From assembly GCF_006345805.1 (NCBI RefSeq), contig NC_043001.1, forward strand, positions 77,314,001 through 77,378,000: a stretch of 64,000 bases of DNA. Direction: 5' to 3'. Origin of the DNA: Octopus sinensis. Taxonomy: Eukaryota. Positions 27,776 to 39,347 of this stretch are shown piece after piece (the stretch's first letter is position 1; every line of letters begins with the position of its first letter). The notes below the pieces were generated by a model, which ran no database searches, had not been told where the DNA came from, and saw nothing but the letters and a program-made list of their open reading frames with translations. A program made the translations under genes and the position numbers.

Positions 27776-27825
<50 letters not shown>

Positions 27826-27890
27826 GGTATATATACATTCTTGTGGTGCCCCAGCATAGCCGCAGTCCAGTGACTGAAACAAGTGAAAGA
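27572..27890 (+). mobile_element. SINE A with internal microsatellite
   Basis: GGCTGTGTGGTAGG ... GTTCAGTCCC ... CAGCATAGCCGCAGTCCAGTGACTGAAAC. Confidence 0.8.
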
Positions 27891-27959
27891 AAGGTGAAAT
27901 AATGTTCAAAGATACTTAGCAGCAAGCAGAAAATGTTGGAGCATCTTAAAGATATTGCA

Positions 27960-28400
27960 AGCTCTTTCTCTTGATGGGGCCACTAAAGCTCTCCAATTGT
28001 CTGAAACCCTTCTATGTCTTCAGAAAGTATCTCAAGGTGACGAGCTCTTCTTCCCGTAGCTGTACGCTTCGCTTGAGTGGGGCGACAAAGACCGAATTTC
28101 CTTTCACCTACAGAAGAATCCCATGTATTGTTTCTTGTCAATCACAACCCTCTGTAGCGGCTTTCTTTAGTTGTTCGGGTTCCCAAACTAATCTTTCTGC
28201 AAGAAACATCTCAGCCATCTTGCTGGAAAGCCACGGCATCCGACTTCAATAGGGAATGAAATCGTGTCGTCTGTTGGCAAGCAACTCATCAATCAAGTGC
28301 TGATATTTGGCTTTTTTAAGTTGGTAAGAAATATTTGTGCTCCCAAGGCACTGTGAGGTCAGCTACGATGACCATTTTTGTGCTCCTACCCAATGTAATT
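27960..28400 (-). mobile_element. HERO-like RLE LINE C-terminal fragment
   Basis: Minus strand VIVADLTVPWE ... KKAKYQHL ... FPIEVGCRGF. Confidence 0.7.
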
Positions 28401-28770
28401 TACCATTCTTAATGAATAGTATAGGATTAGGAGGAGCATTGGCTGCCATTTCAAGCAAACCGGCTGACATTATAGAATCTCTTTCGCTGGCTCATCATTG
28501 TTGCTGTTGTTGTTGTTGTTGGTAATGGTGGCTATATTTCTGATTATAATAGGTTTATTCTTGTTGAGTTTGCCCATTATTAAAAGCCTCCCATCCATGA
28601 CCATTCTATCGTTTTATATGTTTACGAGAGACTACAAGAGAAGACTTCCTCATTTCAGATAGTGGGGTGTGGTTTTGCATAGTTTGACTGTTGTTTCTAG
28701 CAGATTGAGTAACTACTTTGTGGATTCTCCGTTGGCTTTTACTATTGTCGTAAAGTCTAAAGCTAAATGT

Positions 28771-28911
28771 TACATTATTTACATTCGACGGATACTTGTC
28801 CTCATCTTGCTTGTTGTTAACACAAAGTTTTGGCTGATATACCCTCCAGCCTTCTTCAGGTGTCTTGGGGAAATTTCGAACCTGGGTTCTCATTCCTAAG
28901 GTATTTTTTGA

Positions 28912-28992
<81 letters not shown>

Positions 28993-29113
28993 CATTATTA
29001 TTATCATTATTATTATTGTTTTTGTTATTGTTCATGTCCCTGCTTGGAATCGAACTTGGAATCTTGGGGTTAGTAGCCCGCGCTCTTAAACAATACGCTA
29101 TATGCCCGTGGGC
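28771..29113 (-). mobile_element. Stand-alone tRNA-head + (AAT)n + HHR unit homologous to 20382-20618
   Basis: Same order and sequence. HHR at 28820-28863 has a CTGAAGA core with GAAA decayed to AAAA. Confidence 0.85.
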
Positions 29114-29153
29114 TCATTGTATATATATTCAAAAACCACGTATATATATATAT

Positions 29154-29185
<32 letters not shown>

Positions 29186-29271
29186 ATACATACATACATA
29201 CATACATACATACATACATGCATATATGTACATGTATATAGACGTATGTGTGTGTGTGTGATCCATGTATC

Positions 29272-29465
29272 CATTACTTCTTAAACTATGGGTCCTACCC
29301 CTAAATGGGGCCGCGAAGCGAAATGCTGGGGTCGTGAAAACTAAATTCAAACGCATAAATTTCAGCTTATATGTTATTTCACAAACGCATATTAAATACC
29401 TGAGGCTGCGAAAAATCTCGAGATGATAAATGGGGTCATGAATGGAAAACGTTTAAGAAGCACTG
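29272..29465. mobile_element. hAT-type MITE
   Basis: Imperfect TIRs CATTACTTCTTAAAC / GTTTAAGAAGCACTG, with internal TGGGGTC/G subterminal repeats. No TSD was found. Confidence 0.6.
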
Positions 29466-29949
29466 CTTTAGATAAACCATATCCCAGCATTGTTGGCCTG
29501 GTTGTGTTGGGAGAGTTAGTTCCGATCAAGCAGATATTTATACTCAGTTGAATATCAAGCTGCTATACAAATATTCACTTCTGCATGCAAAGGCGTTCCC
29601 AAACCGAAACTTTTATTTACCTGGTGCACATTCTAGAATGAATGAAATTATTTTGTCTCACATTGTACACATATAGTGAAATATATATTAAAACATGAAG
29701 TAATATACATTTTTTGCTTATAGATATAATTGGAACCAGAAAAACTGATTAAATTTTTACTTTTTTACTCTAGAAATAGAACATAGTTACCAATTACATC
29801 ATAATTTGGTTGTTTCTTTCAAACGATTTTTTTTTTGTATTTGGCTATACTCGAGATAAACAATTTCATTGCCACACAGACTATATATATATCATATCAA
29901 CATAGACACTCTTTATATTTTCATGTTTTTCAATTAAAATTTTATTACT

Positions 29950-31457
29950 TTCAAGGTGGTGGTTCTGGTAGAATCATTAGAGCGCCGGAAATAAAACCTA
30001 CTTAAATGGATTTTGTCTGTTTTTACCTTTACCTTTAGTGTTCAAATTCTGCCAAAGTCGACTATGCTTTTTCATATTTCCGGTCGAGAAAATAAGATCC
30101 CTCTGAACATTAGGGGCAATGTAATCGACTAGCCTCACCCACCAAATTTCAGGCCTTGTGTCTATGGGAGAAAAAATTGTTATTATAATGGCGGCGAGCT
30201 TGTAGTATCGCTAGTATGCAGGACAAAATGCTTAGAGTTATTTTCTGTGTCTTTATGTTCTGTGTTCTAATTCCGCCGAGGTTGACATTGCCCTACATTT
30301 TTCGAGATCGATAAAATAAGTTGCTGAGACCCGCTTCGGTCATGACTGACTATGAGATTGCACCTAGAAAGTTACTCTCCCAGGCACATATCTGGGCAAG
30401 GTTTTTTATGGAAGACCAGCAGTCGCCCATGCATATCGACTTCCCCTCTCCACGCCACTAATGTTTATATAAGGAAAAGGCAAAGGCCGATACACCTTGG
30501 CACCTGTGATGTCGCAACTAATTTCTACAGCTGAGTGAACTGGAGCAACGTGAAATAAAGTGTCTTGCTCAAGAATACAACACGCAGACCGGTCCTGGAT
30601 TCGAACTCACAACCTCGTAAGCTCGACGCTCTAACCAGTTGAGCATTTGGGGTCAATGCGATCAACTAGCCCCCTTCCAACAAAAATTTCAAGACTTGTG
30701 CCTATAATAGAATTACTACTATTTTCAGTGACAATTAGCCGCCCGGTGGTGTCAGTGAATTGTTGGCAAGTTGGCAGAATCGTTTGCATGCCGAGCAAAA
30801 TGCTTAGCGGCATTTCATCCGTCTTCATGTTCTGAATTCAAGTTCCACCGTGGTCGACTTTACTTTTCATCCTTTCGAGGTCGATAAATTAAGTATCAGT
30901 GAAACACCGGGGCCGATGTAATCGACTAGCCCCCTTCCTCCCTCCAAATTTCAGGTCGTGTGCCTTTAGTAGAAATGATTATTTAGTTGTGACCCCTTCG
31001 GTCATGAATGACTATGGGATTGCACCTAGAAAGTTACCCTCCGAGGCACAAGTCTGTGCAAGGTTGTTTATGGAAGACCAGCGGTCGCCCACGCATACCT
31101 CTCTCCACGCGACCGATGTTATCCAAGGGAAAGGCAAAGGCCGATACAACTTGGTACCACTGACGTCGCAGCTCATCTATTAAGGTGCAAGTGGCTGAGA
31201 ATTCCACAGACACGTGTACACTTAACGTTGTTCTCGGGTAGGTTCAGCGTGACACAGAGTGTGACAAGGCTGGCCCTTTGAAATACAGGAACAACAGAAA
31301 GAGGAAGAAAGAGTGAGAGAAAGTTGTGATGAAAGAGTACAGAAGTTCACTCCTGCTGGAGCCCCACGGAGCTTTAGGTGTTTTTACTCAATAAACACTC
31401 ACAATGCCCGGTCTGGGAATCGAAACTGCCTAACCACTGGGCCATTGCACCTCCACA
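29950..31457. mobile_element. Dense cluster of old SINEs (B-like plus at 29950, 30190, 30760; family C minus at 30325-30638 and 30988-31180; family D minus at 31183-31457)
   Basis: Recognisable A/B boxes and shared cores. The two family-C 3' parts align with each other. Confidence 0.75.
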
Positions 31458-31807
31458 GAAATGATTATTTAGTAATGTTTTACATTCCACCAAAATCAAG
31501 TTTGCTTTTCAACTTCTCGAGATTGAGAAAATACAGTTCCAATCAAGCATTAGCATCGATTTAATTGACTAACACTCTTTCTTAAATTTACTGGGCTAGA
31601 TGAGTAAAACTAATGTTATTGGATTGAGTTGCCATCCTGCTACTGTCACGTTTGTTTTCCATTTGTAAACAGTTGACTGAGTATAGTAACATTCATGTAC
31701 TAGGCATGATAGGATCGACTACAATACATCCCTACAGATCCGAAACCGTGTACCTCTCTAACAAATCATTCTTGCTACATTAATTTCGCATCTATTAGAA
31801 ATAAATA

Positions 31808-31991
31808 TTGGTTTCAAATTTTGGCACAAGGAAGAACTTAGTCGATTTCATCGACTTCCAATGCTCAACTGGTACTTATTTTATCGACCCCGAAAGTCGA
31901 TCCCGGTGGTAGTTGATCCCAGAACGTAAAGATGGACGAAATGCCGCTAAACATTTTTCCCGGTCTGCTTACGCTTCTGCCTGCTCGCCGC
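31808..31991 (-). mobile_element. Old SINE B-like copy
   Basis: GGTACTTATTTTATCGACCCCGAAAG ... CTCGCCGC. Confidence 0.75.
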
Positions 31992-32110
31992 TTTATATTA
32001 TATTTCCTGCATTTAGACTGAGCTGACGTATTTTTGTCCCCAAACATTAGTTAACTTGAGCGATACATTTTCTTTTGTTCGATAGAGTTTTCATTGGATA
32101 TATTAACACC

Positions 32111-32340
32111 TATTTCTTTACTACCCATAAGGGGCTAAACACAGAAAGGAAAAACAAGGACAGACAAACGGATTAAGTCGATTATATAGACCCCAGTGCT
32201 TAACTGGTACTTATGTAATCGACCCTGAAAGGATGAAAGGCAAAGTCGACCTCGGCGAAATTTGAACTCAGAACTTAACGGCAGACGAAATACGGCTACG
32301 CATTTCGCCCGGCGTGCTAACGCTTCTGCCAGCTCGCCGC
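32111..32340 (-). mobile_element. Young SINE B flanked by a 120-bp direct duplication
   Basis: 31992-32111 is nearly identical to 32341-32460. Confidence 0.9.
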
Positions 32341-33689
32341 TTTATATTATATTTCATGTATTTAGACTGAGCAGACGTATTTTTGTCCCCAAACATTAGT
32401 TAACTTGTGTGATACCTTTTCTTTGGTTCGATAGAGTTTTCAATGGATATATTAACATCTAACGTGTTAGATATTTCCACCTGTTTTGCAAGAAATTAAA
32501 TTAATCTATGTATATTTGTATATGCTTTAGTCGCTTAGAATGTAAGCAACATTTATTTGATTTTTATATAAAGAAAATATGTAAATTTTATTCCAAATTT
32601 TCGTTAATAATGCCGTCGCATATGCAAACCAACAAACACCAAAGCAAAAAAAAAAAAAAATCAAAATAATAATTAGAAATTTGATCATTGAGAGGCAGAG
32701 TATTCTTTTATGCGTTTCAATCCAGGGGCCGAAACACAAATGTTTCAGAAATATATTTTGCATTTTCAGAATATTCAATTTCCAGAATAGTGTCATTTCC
32801 AAACTTTTTCAACAATTCTTTGATGTTTCTCTCCGACAACACAAAACTGGCACCACACACACGTCGATGGACAAGATGCATGCGTTACTCTGGACTGAGC
32901 AGGCGTGATTTGATTCAATATTTTCCTAAAGACTTTCAACATTTTATATTCCATGTGTGCTAAGTTTGTATTTCAGGTAATTTTGTTCTTGGATTGTAAA
33001 AAGAAGAAAAATATCGTAATTCTACTGAATATGTTAGTTTTTCTTTGGTTCAACGTGACTTTCATTTGATATATTAACACCTAACGTGTTGGATAATTTC
33101 ACCTGTTTTACAAGAATTTAGATTCATATTTTTACTTGTTTTCGTCTCATTCCGAGAAGGTGACTTTATTTTACATTAGAAAATATTACGTCAGTTTTAT
33201 GCTAACATTTTGATATATTTACCCTTGGACAGCAATAAGTTGTTGACTATGTTAACTAACAAATATCAAGCTAAAGGAATTTAGTAAGAAGTGGGAATTT
33301 AGTTATTGCAAAGCAGAGCAGTCTATGAAAGTCTTTTGAAACTTCACATTTCCCGAATATTATCTTTTTCAAAATATATATTGCAGTAATTCTGTGATAT
33401 TTCACATCGATAGCAACAAGAGTCACGCACAGGTACGTATACACAAATGTCGATGAACAACAGTTGGGCTGAGCTGATATGTTTGTGTTCACTATTTTAC
33501 CAAGAACTTTCTGAATTTTATTATACTCCACGCGTGTATGCTTGTATTTCAATCAAGTCAGCTATATTTATTTTTATTTAAAAAAAAGCTAAAAAGACGT
33601 AATTATATCAAATATTTTATTTTTCGTTTATGAATTTGTTTTGCAAGATTCCTGATGTGAAATCGTGTGTTGAAACGGATATTGTTATA

Positions 33690-33927
33690 TTTCGAGATGG
33701 TCACTTTTTTTTTTCTTGCAAAATAAACATACGCACTAAATATTCATTCTTCACCAGTTTATTGTAGTTCTTATTTTATCTTATGGGCTGGAAAAATCAT
33801 TGAAGAGGTCACCGATGTGTGACGAAAGATTTCGAGAAAATGGACATACACTAAGAACTACAATAAATTAGTGCGAATATATAGTGCGTGTGTTCATTTG
33901 GCAAAAAAAAAAATGACCATTCCGAAA
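33690..33927. repeat. Inverted repeat (~80-bp arms) with degenerate HHR-like loop
   Basis: Arms 33690-33773 / 33852-33927. The loop contains TTGAAGA-G-GTCAC..GTGAC-GAAA. Confidence 0.6.
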
Positions 33928-34709
33928 AATAATATTTTATTTTTCATTTTGTCTCTAGTTCGACTTGATATATAAAATTAATTTTGGGAAACTTAATTTC
34001 AAACGTGAAACTGATTTTCTCAGAATTTGTTCACTATTGAAACCGTGAACACGAAGAATTCGCAGTCTGAAACCGAGCAGAAGCAGAATTGAACTCCTCT
34101 GTGCTCGAAGAATACATCCAGAATCAAACAACGAGAAAAGATCCCTCGTTTCACAAATGGTGTCTCTTTATTTACTTTCAACCAGCCACTCAAGCGAGGC
34201 ACTGTTCGCTATCTGGACGGGCATAATAAATATACAGAAAGGTAAAGTCTACCGTTCTGTTTGCCTGACATTCAGCACTGAGAACACAGTAAGAGGCTCA
34301 ACACAATAGAAATGTACCAATGAAGAGTAGAACAAGTGTTATTTATTTCTGGCTCATTGTCGTAAAGCAATACGATCGAGTGTCACGCAGATATGTAGCT
34401 TGATAGTCAATGTTGTCACTGGGTGTTAAGATGGGCTTGCATGTCTTTACGACCCTTCAAGTCCACAACACATTTTCGGAACTGTGTTCCGTTTTAGACT
34501 CCATTTATAACCAAATGCGATGGACTGCTCAAAGCAGGAAGTCAATTGTTAAGCTCGTGCAGTATAAGCCACTTGGGAGTGCTCTCTGTTATGTGCTAAT
34601 GGTAAAACTCGAAAATATTGGCCAGGATCAGGTCAATATTATTGTTCGAGTAGGAGCAGCAGGCGTACGCCAATTGTAGATCCGTGAATAATGGAAAAAT
34701 TCCATATAT

Positions 34710-34764
<55 letters not shown>

Positions 34765-34809
34765 TGATTCTAGTTTCAGCTCACGCGCTGTGGCCATGGT
34801 GGGGCACCG

Positions 34810-34854
<45 letters not shown>

Positions 34855-35067
34855 CTTTCTTTTCTACTACTCTCCGTATCTATCAATCTATTCATAGACA
34901 CTCAAACAGTTATACACACATTTAGTAATTATAAAAAACGTTTGCGTATTCATATATATATATGCACATATTGAATGCGAGCATTTTTGTTCCTAGGTGT
35001 ACATATGTTGTGTATGTATATGCTCGTATACAGACACAAACATGTATGCATGCAAGCATATATATAT

Positions 35068-35100
<33 letters not shown>

Positions 35101-35260
35101 CACCGTGATCACCGTAACCGACCAGGCTATCAGATGTTGCTACACATCGCTGGTGACAATGCGTTCGCATTGTTTTAGCCCTCGAATGACGCCACCCCGC
35201 TGGCTAAGCGAGCAGGCCAATATATATATATATATATATGTGTGTGTGCGCGTGCGTGCG

Positions 35261-35510
35261 TTATAATTTAGAAGAAACAGTAAGAGGTTGTCATTATAGT
35301 ACTCAGAGTTTCGAATGTCGGATCGAAGGGCTACAATGCATTCTTGTCGGCCATTAATGGTAAGAGACGCTATGAAAAACCTTTCAGTAAAAGGGAAGTT
35401 ACTCCGAGTACTATGACGACAACTTTTTACTGTTTGTTCTAAATTATAACTTATATAAATACTCCTCTATTTATCTAACATCGGAGTCTCATTCTTTTGT
35501 TATTACTTAC
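35261..35510. mobile_element. PLE terminal-repeat unit with inverted arms and minus-strand HHR motif
   Basis: IR at about 35261-35304 / 35406-35449. Minus strand CCGACAA-GAATG...CATTC-GAAA-CTCTGAG-TA. The tail resembles 4275-4330. Confidence 0.65.
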
Positions 35511-35541
<31 letters not shown>

Positions 35542-35542
35542 G

Positions 35543-36175
35543 TTCAGTAGTTTTATTTTTTATAGCGTGCTTTCACTTCACTACCTTGGGTATGTGCTGT
35601 GGTTTGTTGTGATGCTCTGATGGTTATTGTATTGAAAGTGTTCTGCGTACGATGTGTGCAGTGGCCAGTAGTGCAATTTTCTGTATGTTATATGTGTTTG
35701 TAAGTCCTGGTGTTTTTGTTATGTATTTGTCTGAATATTTTTATTTATTTATTTTTATTTTTATTTTTTAAATTTTTTAAATTTTTTAAAATTTATTTAT
35801 TTATTTATTTTATTATTATATTATTATTATTATTATTCGGTAGTTTTATTTTTATAGCGTGCTTTCACTTCACTACCGAGCACAGCTCTGTGTGCCTTGG
35901 GTATGTGCTGTGATTTGTTGTGATGCTCTGATGGTTATTGTATGGAAAGTGTTCTGCGTAGGATGTGTGCAGTGCCTAGTAGTACAATTTTCTGTATGTT
36001 ATATGTGTTTGTAAGTCCTGGTGTTTTTGTTATGTATTTGTCTGAATATTTTTTTATCATGCCTAATGCACCTACTATGATAGGAATTGTTTCTGTTTTC
36101 AGATTCCACATTCTAGTTACCTCTATTTCCAGGTCTTTGTATTTTGAGAGTTTCTCCATTTCTTTTAGAGACACG
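35543..36175 (-). mobile_element. Two tandem 5'-truncated R4/Dong LINE 3' ends in (TAA)n
   Basis: KEMEKLSKYKDLEIEVTRMW...IPIIVGALG...QKIVLLGTAHILRRTL. Copies at 35543-35742 and 35836-36175. Confidence 0.88.
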
Positions 36176-36193
36176 TTATTATTATTATTATTA

Positions 36194-36224
<31 letters not shown>

Positions 36225-36442
36225 GTTATTATTATCATTATTATTATCATTATATATACGCACATATACATACTCTCAAAGCACACACACATAAATATTC
36301 ATGTTATGTGAAATGCCACGATAGCACATTATGGCATTTTTGTTTTTAAATCTGAATATAACCAAGTACAACACGAGAAGCTAAGAAATATTGTTAGTCT
36401 GCGTGTAAATGTCTAGTTATGGGAAATTATCAGGTGATTAAT

Positions 36443-36497
<55 letters not shown>

Positions 36498-36792
36498 ATG
36501 TATGTATATATATGTGTGTATGTGTGCGTGTGTGTGAGTGTACACGCGCGTCTGTGTGTACATACCTTAGAACTTATAAAATTTTTTTGAAGAGTGAAGA
36601 GAAAAGAGGAGTAGAAGGATTGGTGTGAAGTGGTAGAATGATGCTGATTGATAAAAGGAAGTGGGTGGAGGTTCCATGTGAAGTGTAACTAAGTGAAGTG
36701 GTAGAGGGTTGGTGACATGGCAACAGATATCATTCTGAGTGATGCGCTCAAATGTCCAAGACTCACACACACGTATTCTCTCACCCCACAAA

Positions 36793-37229
36793 GGCGGCGA
36801 GCTGCTAGAAAACCCTGGCACGCCGGGCGAAATGCTTAGCGTCGGGGTCGATTAAATAAGTACCAGTTTATTTGTCATTGTTTGTCCTTTCTGTGTTTAG
36901 CCCCTTGTGGGTAATAAAGAAATAGGTATTTCGTCTGCCGTTACGTTCTGCGTTCAAATTCCGCCTAGGTCGATTAAATAAGTACCAGTTACGCACTAGG
37001 GTTGAGATAAATAGACTTAATCCGTTTGTCTGTCCTTGCTCGTTCCCTCTGTGTTTACCCCTTGTGGGTAGTAAAGAAACAGGCATTTCGTCTGTTGCTA
37101 CGTTCTGAGTTCAAATTCAATCGAGGTCGACTTTGCCTTTCATCCTTTCAGGATCGATAAATTAAGTACCAGTAATCGACTGGCTCCTTCCCCAAATATT
37201 TCGGGCATTGTGCGTAGAGTAGGAAAGAA
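36793..37229 (+). mobile_element. Nested SINE B copies
   Basis: A head followed by two AAAGAAA(T/C)A 3' ends, each followed by GG(T/C)ATTTCGTCTG. Confidence 0.8.
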
Positions 37230-37357
37230 AGCATTGTCTCCTCCCACACGCGCTCACAAAATTTCACTGTATTTCACTAAGCCTTACTGTATCTCCAGAA
37301 TCGCTCTTCTTCTCTCCCTTTCTCTCTGAAGATAGACATATGGCTGTGTGGATAGGC

Positions 37358-37517
37358 TCAGGAGCGGTTGTGTGGTAAGAAGCTTGCTTCCCAATCACAT
37401 GGTTCCGAGTTCAGTACCACTGTGTGGCACCTTGAGCAAGTGTCTTCTGCTATAGCTTCGCGCCGACCGAAGCCTCGTGAGTGGATTTGATAGACAGAAA
37501 CTGAAAGAAGCCCGTCG

Positions 37518-37557
<40 letters not shown>

Positions 37558-37567
37558 ATATATATAC

Positions 37568-37600
<33 letters not shown>

Positions 37601-37795
37601 TGTATGTTTGTATGTATGTATGTATGTATGTATGTATGTATTTGTGTGTCTGTGCTTGTGCCCCCACCATCGCTTGATAACCGATGTTGGTGTGTTTACG
37701 TCCTCGTAAAGAATAAGTCCTGTAATCGATTTGTTCGACTGAAGGTGGTGCTCCAGCATGGCCACAGTCAAATGACTGAAACAAGTAATAGAATT
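37358..37795 (+). mobile_element. SINE A
   Basis: A/B boxes, internal (TA)/(TATG)n and CAGCATGGCCACAGTCAAATGACTGAAAC tail. Confidence 0.85.
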
Positions 37796-37844
37796 AAAAG
37801 ACAGACAAGGTATTAGAGCACTGAAGGCTGGATATAGTAACCTT

Positions 37845-38232
37845 TAGGAGGGACAAACAATGAATGTGGCAGTGCCAGGAGATCAACTTTTTATCATGAA
37901 AGAAAGAGAAAAGGTTGATAAATATGGAGACCTGAGAATTGAGATTGCTAAGATGTGGCTGCTATGAGAGTCAAACATAAAGGTTATCCCTATTGTTATC
38001 GGAGCATTGGGTTCAACACCACCCAATCTAAAAAGACATCTGAAAACTTTAGGAATGCCCTACAATCTAGGTGTATTGCAAAAGTCGGCCTTACTTGGAA
38101 CTGCACACATATTGCATAAAGTACTGTCAGAGGTCCTTGTTGTGACTTGACAAACAGTGCAAATCCCCGGTAGACACAATATCTTCAATCAATAACGATA
38201 ATGTATACTGTGTGATGTCTACTATAATAATT
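37845..38232 (+). mobile_element. R4/Dong LINE 3' fragment
   Basis: VAVPGD...KEREKVDKYGDLRIEIAKMW...IPIVIGALG...LQKSALLGTAHILHKVL. Confidence 0.85.
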
Positions 38233-38251
38233 ATTAAATGATTATTATTAC

Positions 38252-39347
38252 TATTTCTACTCTAGGTACAATGCCTTGAAACTTCTTGGGGATGGGGGTA
38301 GTCGATTACATCGACCCCAGTGAGTAACTGGTACTTATTTCGTCGACCCCGAAAGGATGAAAGGCAAAGTCGACCTGAATGGAATTTGATCTCAGAAAGT
38401 AGCGACAGGTGAAATACCGCTTAGCATGCCGCACGGCGTGCTAACGATTCTGCCAGCTCGTCAAAAGTTTCTACTATAGGCACAAGGAGTGAAATTTTGA
38501 GAGAGTGGGTTAGTAAATTCCATAGACCAATGTACTCAACTGGTAGTTATTTTATCGACTCTGAAAGGATGAACGGTAGAGTCGACCTCAGCAGAATTTG
38601 AACTCAGAACATAAAGACGGATGAAATGCCGCTAACCGTTAAGCTCGGCATGTTAACGATTCTACCATCTTGCTGCCTTAATGATAACGATTTCAAATTT
38701 TGGCACAAGGCCAGTAAAATTTGCAGAAGGGTTAATTCGATTATATCGACTCCCAGTGCTCAACTAGTGCTTATTTTATCGACTTCAAAAGGATAAAAAG
38801 TAAAATCGACCTCGGCAGAATTTGAACATAGAACTTAAAGACGGACGAAATGCCGGTAAATATTTTTCTCGCAAGTCTATAGATTCTTATTTCTTTAATG
38901 CCCACAAGGGGCTACACACAGAGGGGACAAACAAGGACAGACCAACGGATTGAGTCGATTATATCGACCCCAGGGCGTAACTGGTACTTATTTAATCGAC
39001 CCCGAAAGGATGAAAGGCAAAGTCGACCTCGACGGAATTTGAACTCAGAACGTAGCGGCAGACGAAATACCGCTTAGCATTTCACCCGGCGTGCTAACGA
39101 TTCTGCTAGCTCCCCGTTTTAAAGGTTTCACATTTTGGCACAAAGCCATCGACTTCGGGGCGTGGGTAAGTCAATTACATCGACTCCAGTACTCAAGTGG
39201 TATTTGTTTTATCGCCTCCGAAATGATTACCGAAATGATAAAAATGTAAGTCTTCCTCGGGGGAATTTGAACTCAGAACAAAGAGACATACGAAATACTG
39301 CCAAGCATTTGCCCGCCGTTCTAACAATTCTACCGACTCGCCACCTT
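38252..39347 (-). mobile_element. Head-to-tail array of five SINE B-related copies
   Basis: Repeated GGTAC/GTTATTTTATCGAC ... GAATTTGAACTCAGAAC units at about 38.25, 38.47, 38.69, 38.89 and 39.12 kb. Confidence 0.85.

Noticed and set aside
32720-33000. Possible Tc1-like transposase remnant
   Set aside because: Similarity is too weak to support by eye.
34024-34241. Possible exon (TTTTCTCAG acceptor, AAG|GTAAAG donor)
   Set aside because: All three frames have stops. A non-coding exon or decayed LINE ORF1 cannot be excluded but is unsupported.
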